A stretch of 59,558 bases of DNA, from positions 1 through 59,558 of the IMG/VR virus record IMGVR_UViG_3300045988_091217. One strand, 5' to 3'. The stretch is from a virus. Both the position numbers and the translations under genes were made by a program. Each line of letters begins with the position of its first letter. Position 1 is the stretch's first letter. Below are positions 56,663-59,558 of the stretch, one piece after another. The notes beneath the pieces are model-generated. The model had not been told where the DNA came from. It saw nothing but the letters and a program-made list of their open reading frames with translations, and searched no databases.

Positions 56663-57046
56663 ATGATTATCAACGAATACATGGCCGCTGAATTGCAAGA
56701 AATGCTGAACAAAATCATTACTGCTAACGACGGCGCAAAAATCGAAGCCATCGAAGCAATGATTGCTGAATTGACTGAAATTAAAGAGGTTACCAAAACT
56801 GAAGAAGAAATTATCGAAGCGCAAACCGAATTAGAAAACCTTGAAAAAGTTTCTATCGGTGACGTTCCAGACGAAGAGTTTGAAGAGTTTGTAAAAACAC
56901 ATAAAGCCGCTGTTTCAGCCGCAAAACAAAAACTCTTGACTTTACGTGTAGCAATGTTTGACAAAGGTATTCCGCCATTTGCGATTAATCCAAACGTCTG
57001 GAGCATGGAAGCAGTTAGCAAAAAATGCAACCATCACTATTTATAA
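56663..57046 (+). CDS. early acidic protein (E/D-rich N-terminal 80 aa), unknown
   Basis: AAAAGGAAACATC ATG. Confidence 0.45.
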   Translation: MIINEYMAAELQEMLNKIITANDGAKIEAIEAMIAELTEIKEVTKTEEEIIEAQTELENLEKVSIGDVPDEEFEEFVKTHKAAVSAAKQKLLTLRVAMFDKGIPPFAINPNVWSMEAVSKKCNHHYL

Positions 57047-57101
57047 TTTAACCCATCAACAGACTGTAAACAGTCTATAAACAACGTAAAGGAAATTAAA
57101 A

Positions 57102-57671
57102 ATGAAACAATCCAACATTTCAAAAATCGCCGCCCTTCGTAAAGCTATTACACGCTTCGCATATACTAAAGAGGGAGCAATCCAACATGCTAAAGACTAT
57201 TTAGGCAAAGAGTTAAAATTTGAATCTGAAGAGATTGTAAACAAACGCGGCCATGTGGCTATCTTGTTTACAATCTATGACGATAACGACGAATACCGCC
57301 AATTTTCAGCGGAAATTTGCGCCGATAAAGAAGAGTTTGCTTTTAAAGGCATTGGATTGGAAGAAAATATCTACTGTTGTAATAGCCGATTAGCAGCCGC
57401 CATGAATAGAAAATCACAAATTGGAAGTAAATCGGCATGGATTGTCAACTATTACCATGACAACGGCGGCTTTTATGAAGTGTTGGTTTCATATTCTACC
57501 GTTATAGCCGCATGGAAGGTTGACACCAATATCATCTATTTGCAACGACACGCCCGTGATTATTCCAATACGACACGCCGTCATCTTTCAGACTTTGAAG
57601 CGCATGTTAGCCGTGTTTTGGGAGTGAGCAATAAAACCGCCGTTTTGAAATGGGCATGTTTTGAAGGTTAA
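57102..57671 (+). CDS. early-region protein, unknown
   Basis: GTAAAGGAAATTAAAAATG. Confidence 0.45.
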   Translation: MKQSNISKIAALRKAITRFAYTKEGAIQHAKDYLGKELKFESEEIVNKRGHVAILFTIYDDNDEYRQFSAEICADKEEFAFKGIGLEENIYCCNSRLAAAMNRKSQIGSKSAWIVNYYHDNGGFYEVLVSYSTVIAAWKVDTNIIYLQRHARDYSNTTRRHLSDFEAHVSRVLGVSNKTAVLKWACFEG

Positions 57672-57687
57672 GAAAGGGGATTTTAAA

Positions 57688-58068
57688 ATGACAGCAACTA
57701 TTAAATATAAGGCGGAAATCGATTCCATCCTTAGCAGTAATCGCGAATTAATCTCAACCTTTTACATGCGCCTTGTTTTAGGATATGAAGACAAGAAAGA
57801 ATCACGGCTTTATATTGATTTAACTTCTTTGGAGTTATTCTTTGTAACATCACCCATTTCGTCCAACAAGACAAAAGGTGCAAACAGTCCGTCTTGGTAT
57901 CAATTAGACTATAACAACGGGAAAGGGATTGGTTTATCAAAACAGGAAGAAAAAGTATTTCTGAATGCACCCAATGCTCTGCTATCTGGTTTAAATACTT
58001 ATCTGGTATCTTATTTGACACCAAGACTTGATGAAGCCTTAGAACAAAGAACAAAAAGGATTAAGTAA
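57688..58068 (+). CDS. early-region protein, unknown
   Basis: Start at the ATG at 57688 after AAAGGGGA. The track ORF begins at an upstream alternative start. Confidence 0.4.
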   Translation: MTATIKYKAEIDSILSSNRELISTFYMRLVLGYEDKKESRLYIDLTSLELFFVTSPISSNKTKGANSPSWYQLDYNNGKGIGLSKQEEKVFLNAPNALLSGLNTYLVSYLTPRLDEALEQRTKRIK

Positions 58069-58069
58069 A

Positions 58070-58219
58070 ATGCAAAAGATTCTTTATATTATCGCGCTTG
58101 GCCTGTTTTTCGGCGGTATGCAATCGGGCAATTTTATCGCCTTTATTATGGCTGCATTAGCGGCTTATGTGTTGATAGAGGCCGCCGAATCAATGACAAT
58201 CGAAGAAAAGGAAGATTGA
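58070..58219 (+). CDS. 49-aa single-TM membrane peptide
   Basis: Hand translation: MQKILYIIALGLFFGGMQSGNFIAFIMAALAAYVLIEAAESMTIEEKED. AAAAAGGA RBS. Confidence 0.4.
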   Translation: MQKILYIIALGLFFGGMQSGNFIAFIMAALAAYVLIEAAESMTIEEKED

Positions 58220-58221
58220 CA

Positions 58222-58458
58222 ATGGAATATAAAAGATTAGAGGTTGTATCCGTCGACGGTTCGATGTACAGTCAAGATGCGGCGCATGAAATAAATTGTT
58301 TAGCTTGTTCCAATGGTTTCACATACGCCGCAAATGAAGACGAATTATACACTTATCAAGCATTCTTTGAACGTGAAATAAACTCATGTATCCAGTCCAT
58401 CAAAGACGGCCTGAAACTGGAAATAACAACCGTTGACGAAAGCGACGTTGTACAATAA
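58222..58458 (+). CDS. early-region protein, unknown
   Basis: ATG at 58222 after an AAGGAAG RBS. Confidence 0.4.
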   Translation: MEYKRLEVVSVDGSMYSQDAAHEINCLACSNGFTYAANEDELYTYQAFFEREINSCIQSIKDGLKLEITTVDESDVVQ

Positions 58459-58462
58459 GAAA

Positions 58463-58498
58463 CAACCCGCCTGATACTAATCGGGCGGTTTTCTTTTG
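58463..58498 (+). terminator. rho-independent terminator ending the early block
   Basis: acccgcc tgatactaa tcgggcgg followed by ttttctttt. Confidence 0.65.
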
Positions 58499-58610
58499 GC
58501 CGCTTACTTTTCGTGGTTTTCTTTTGGCTACTTGCTTTGCTGATTGCATATTAGGCCGCCGCCTGATTCCGTCTTAACAATCCTTACACGCATAAACCAT
58601 GCGCTTTCAA

Positions 58611-58637
58611 TCCGCCGTCATTAGGCGGTTTTCTTTT
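58611..58637 (+). terminator. second terminator-like hairpin (ccgcc gtcatta ggcgg tttt) with the same GGTTTTCTTTTGGC tail
   Basis: Read directly. The 14-mer GGTTTTCTTTTGGC occurs 3 times (58487, 58516, 58627). Confidence 0.45.
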
Positions 58638-59503
58638 GGCTGTTGTAAGTGTTAAGTTATAAAATCAAATAACCTTACATTTCAAATAGTCTATTTCAAT
58701 CAGTCTTTTATGCGCTTTTCGTGTTATCCGATACGTTCACAATTCACATTTATTTAAAAATAAATCAATCGCTTTGAGTTAAAAGCCGCCGCCGTTGCAA
58801 GCGGATAGCGGCGAAAAGGTATGACGGCAAATGTAAAGATAAGGCCGTCTTTACAATGTGGCTTTCGAAAAGGTACTTCCTACGAGCGGAGAGCGGTCAG
58901 TGCGGGCGCAGAACCCCCGATTCCGAGAATGCGCCGATTTTGCATATTCGGTAGTCCTTGATTTTTAACGAAATTTTTATGCGTTTTAAAAATAAGCGGA
59001 TGATTAAAAAAATTTAGTTTGTAAATTTCCTTATAAATCAATTATTTATTCGCCGATTTGTGCAAATGTCAATTTTTTGAGCTATAAATTGTTGATTTTT
59101 ATAGATTTTTCTAAAATACGGAGAATCTTGCCAATTTTCTGAATTTTCAGTTTCTCAATTTCGCGCGTAGAGCGTCTCAGATTGAATTTTGACCTTTGGG
59201 TAGGGGTAGGTATAGGAGAGGGTATAAAAATCGCTCTGAGGGTGCTTTTTGGGGCAGGAATCGATATTTTGGTGTTTTTGAGGGTCTGTACCAACCGTTT
59301 GGGAGGTGATTTCGCTGTCAGACTGATTGTGAAATAATGTGAATTTTTGTGTTATTTGTGTTAGTTCCAACTGGCCAAGTGCCAAAAATCGGTCATTTTT
59401 GGTGTTTTCCTTAAAAATCAACGATGTAGCTTATTTTGTAAGGCTGTTAGGACTTGTTAGGAAGCCTCCTTACAGATTTTCTCCAATAATTCCAGTAACT
59501 TAA

Positions 59504-59558
59504 GTGCATTTGTTAGAATGTTAGGAAATTTCTTTATTTTCTTATATAATAAAAAAAA
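59504..59558. repeat. second copy of the 55-bp terminal repeat
   Basis: Identical to 1-55. Confidence 0.85.

Noticed and set aside
58516-58529. Middle copy of GGTTTTCTTTTGGC as a third terminator
   Set aside because: No adequate upstream hairpin. Only the flanking copies (58463-58498, 58611-58637) have stems.
58845-58860. aaggccgtcttt, resembling a Neisseriaceae DNA uptake sequence
   Set aside because: Does not match the 12-mer DUS (ends tt rather than ga). Single occurrence. The NrdB and lambda-like genes point to a different host group.
59082-59421. Two overlapping minus-strand ORFs (70 and 88 aa) in the terminal noncoding region
   Set aside because: Low-complexity products from pyrimidine-rich antisense of G-tract DNA. 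Poor start context. Treated as noncoding.
1-59558. Searched for integrase, CI/Cro-like repressors, reverse transcriptase (DGR/retron), CRISPR arrays, rSAM or PLP hypermodification enzymes
   Set aside because: No YxDD RT motif, tyrosine or serine recombinase motifs, repeat-spacer arrays or CxxxCxxC radical-SAM signature recognised in any frame. Lifestyle (temperate versus virulent) therefore left undetermined.

Overview
The window reads as a complete, circularly assembled genome of a tailed phage (siphovirus-like). Bases 1-55 repeat exactly at 59504-59558, giving about 59.5 kb of unique sequence. There are four transcriptional blocks.

- 570-10197 (+), replication and recombination: primase-polymerase/SF3 helicase, an acidic protein, a Cas4-like PD-(D/E)xK Fe-S nuclease, tRNA-Pro(UGG), an SSB-like protein, a family-B DNA polymerase, VRR-NUC and an SNF2 helicase.
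- 10190-37255 (+), structural genes in lambda-like order. The TerS-like gene, the gpA-like TerL, a gpW-like protein, the gpB-like portal, the gpC-like protease/scaffold, a D-like decoration protein and the gpE-like major capsid protein come first. An FII-like, a Z-like and a U-like protein follow, then the major tail protein and the G/GT chaperone with a -1 frameshift. The block ends with a 1839-aa tape measure carrying a CHAP domain, the distal tail and host-specificity genes, and two membrane proteins.
- 37333-54394 (-), a leftward accessory block: an HU-like protein, Rz/Rz1-like spanins, the endolysin and an orphan NrdB very similar to enterobacterial NrdB. It also holds paralogous small proteins, a YadA/Hep_Hag-like trimeric-autotransporter-type adhesin, a DEDDh exonuclease and a beta-helix depolymerase-like protein. 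Its nucleotide-metabolism genes are dUTPase, a ThyX-like protein, a dNMP kinase, an RdgC-like protein and a dCMP-deaminase fusion.
- 55020-58458 (+), an AT-rich block of ten small genes of unknown function, nine of them with no recognisable family, driven by two near-identical consensus sigma70 promoters.

A noncoding, repeat-rich region of about 1.6 kb spans the contig junction (58459 through 569). No integrase, CI-like repressor, reverse transcriptase or CRISPR array was recognised.

The most unusual features are:
- a thrice-repeated terminator-promoter-leader cassette that insulates accessory genes on the minus strand;
- a triple palindromic operator-like array in the divergent control region;
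- a family of proteins ending in the acidic C-terminal motif ...ELEDL;
- a phage-borne YadA-like adhesin;
- a compositionally foreign gene inside the tail module.

Host is probably a gammaproteobacterium. This is an inference from the NrdB similarity, the lambda-like head genes and about 48 percent GC; it is uncertain.
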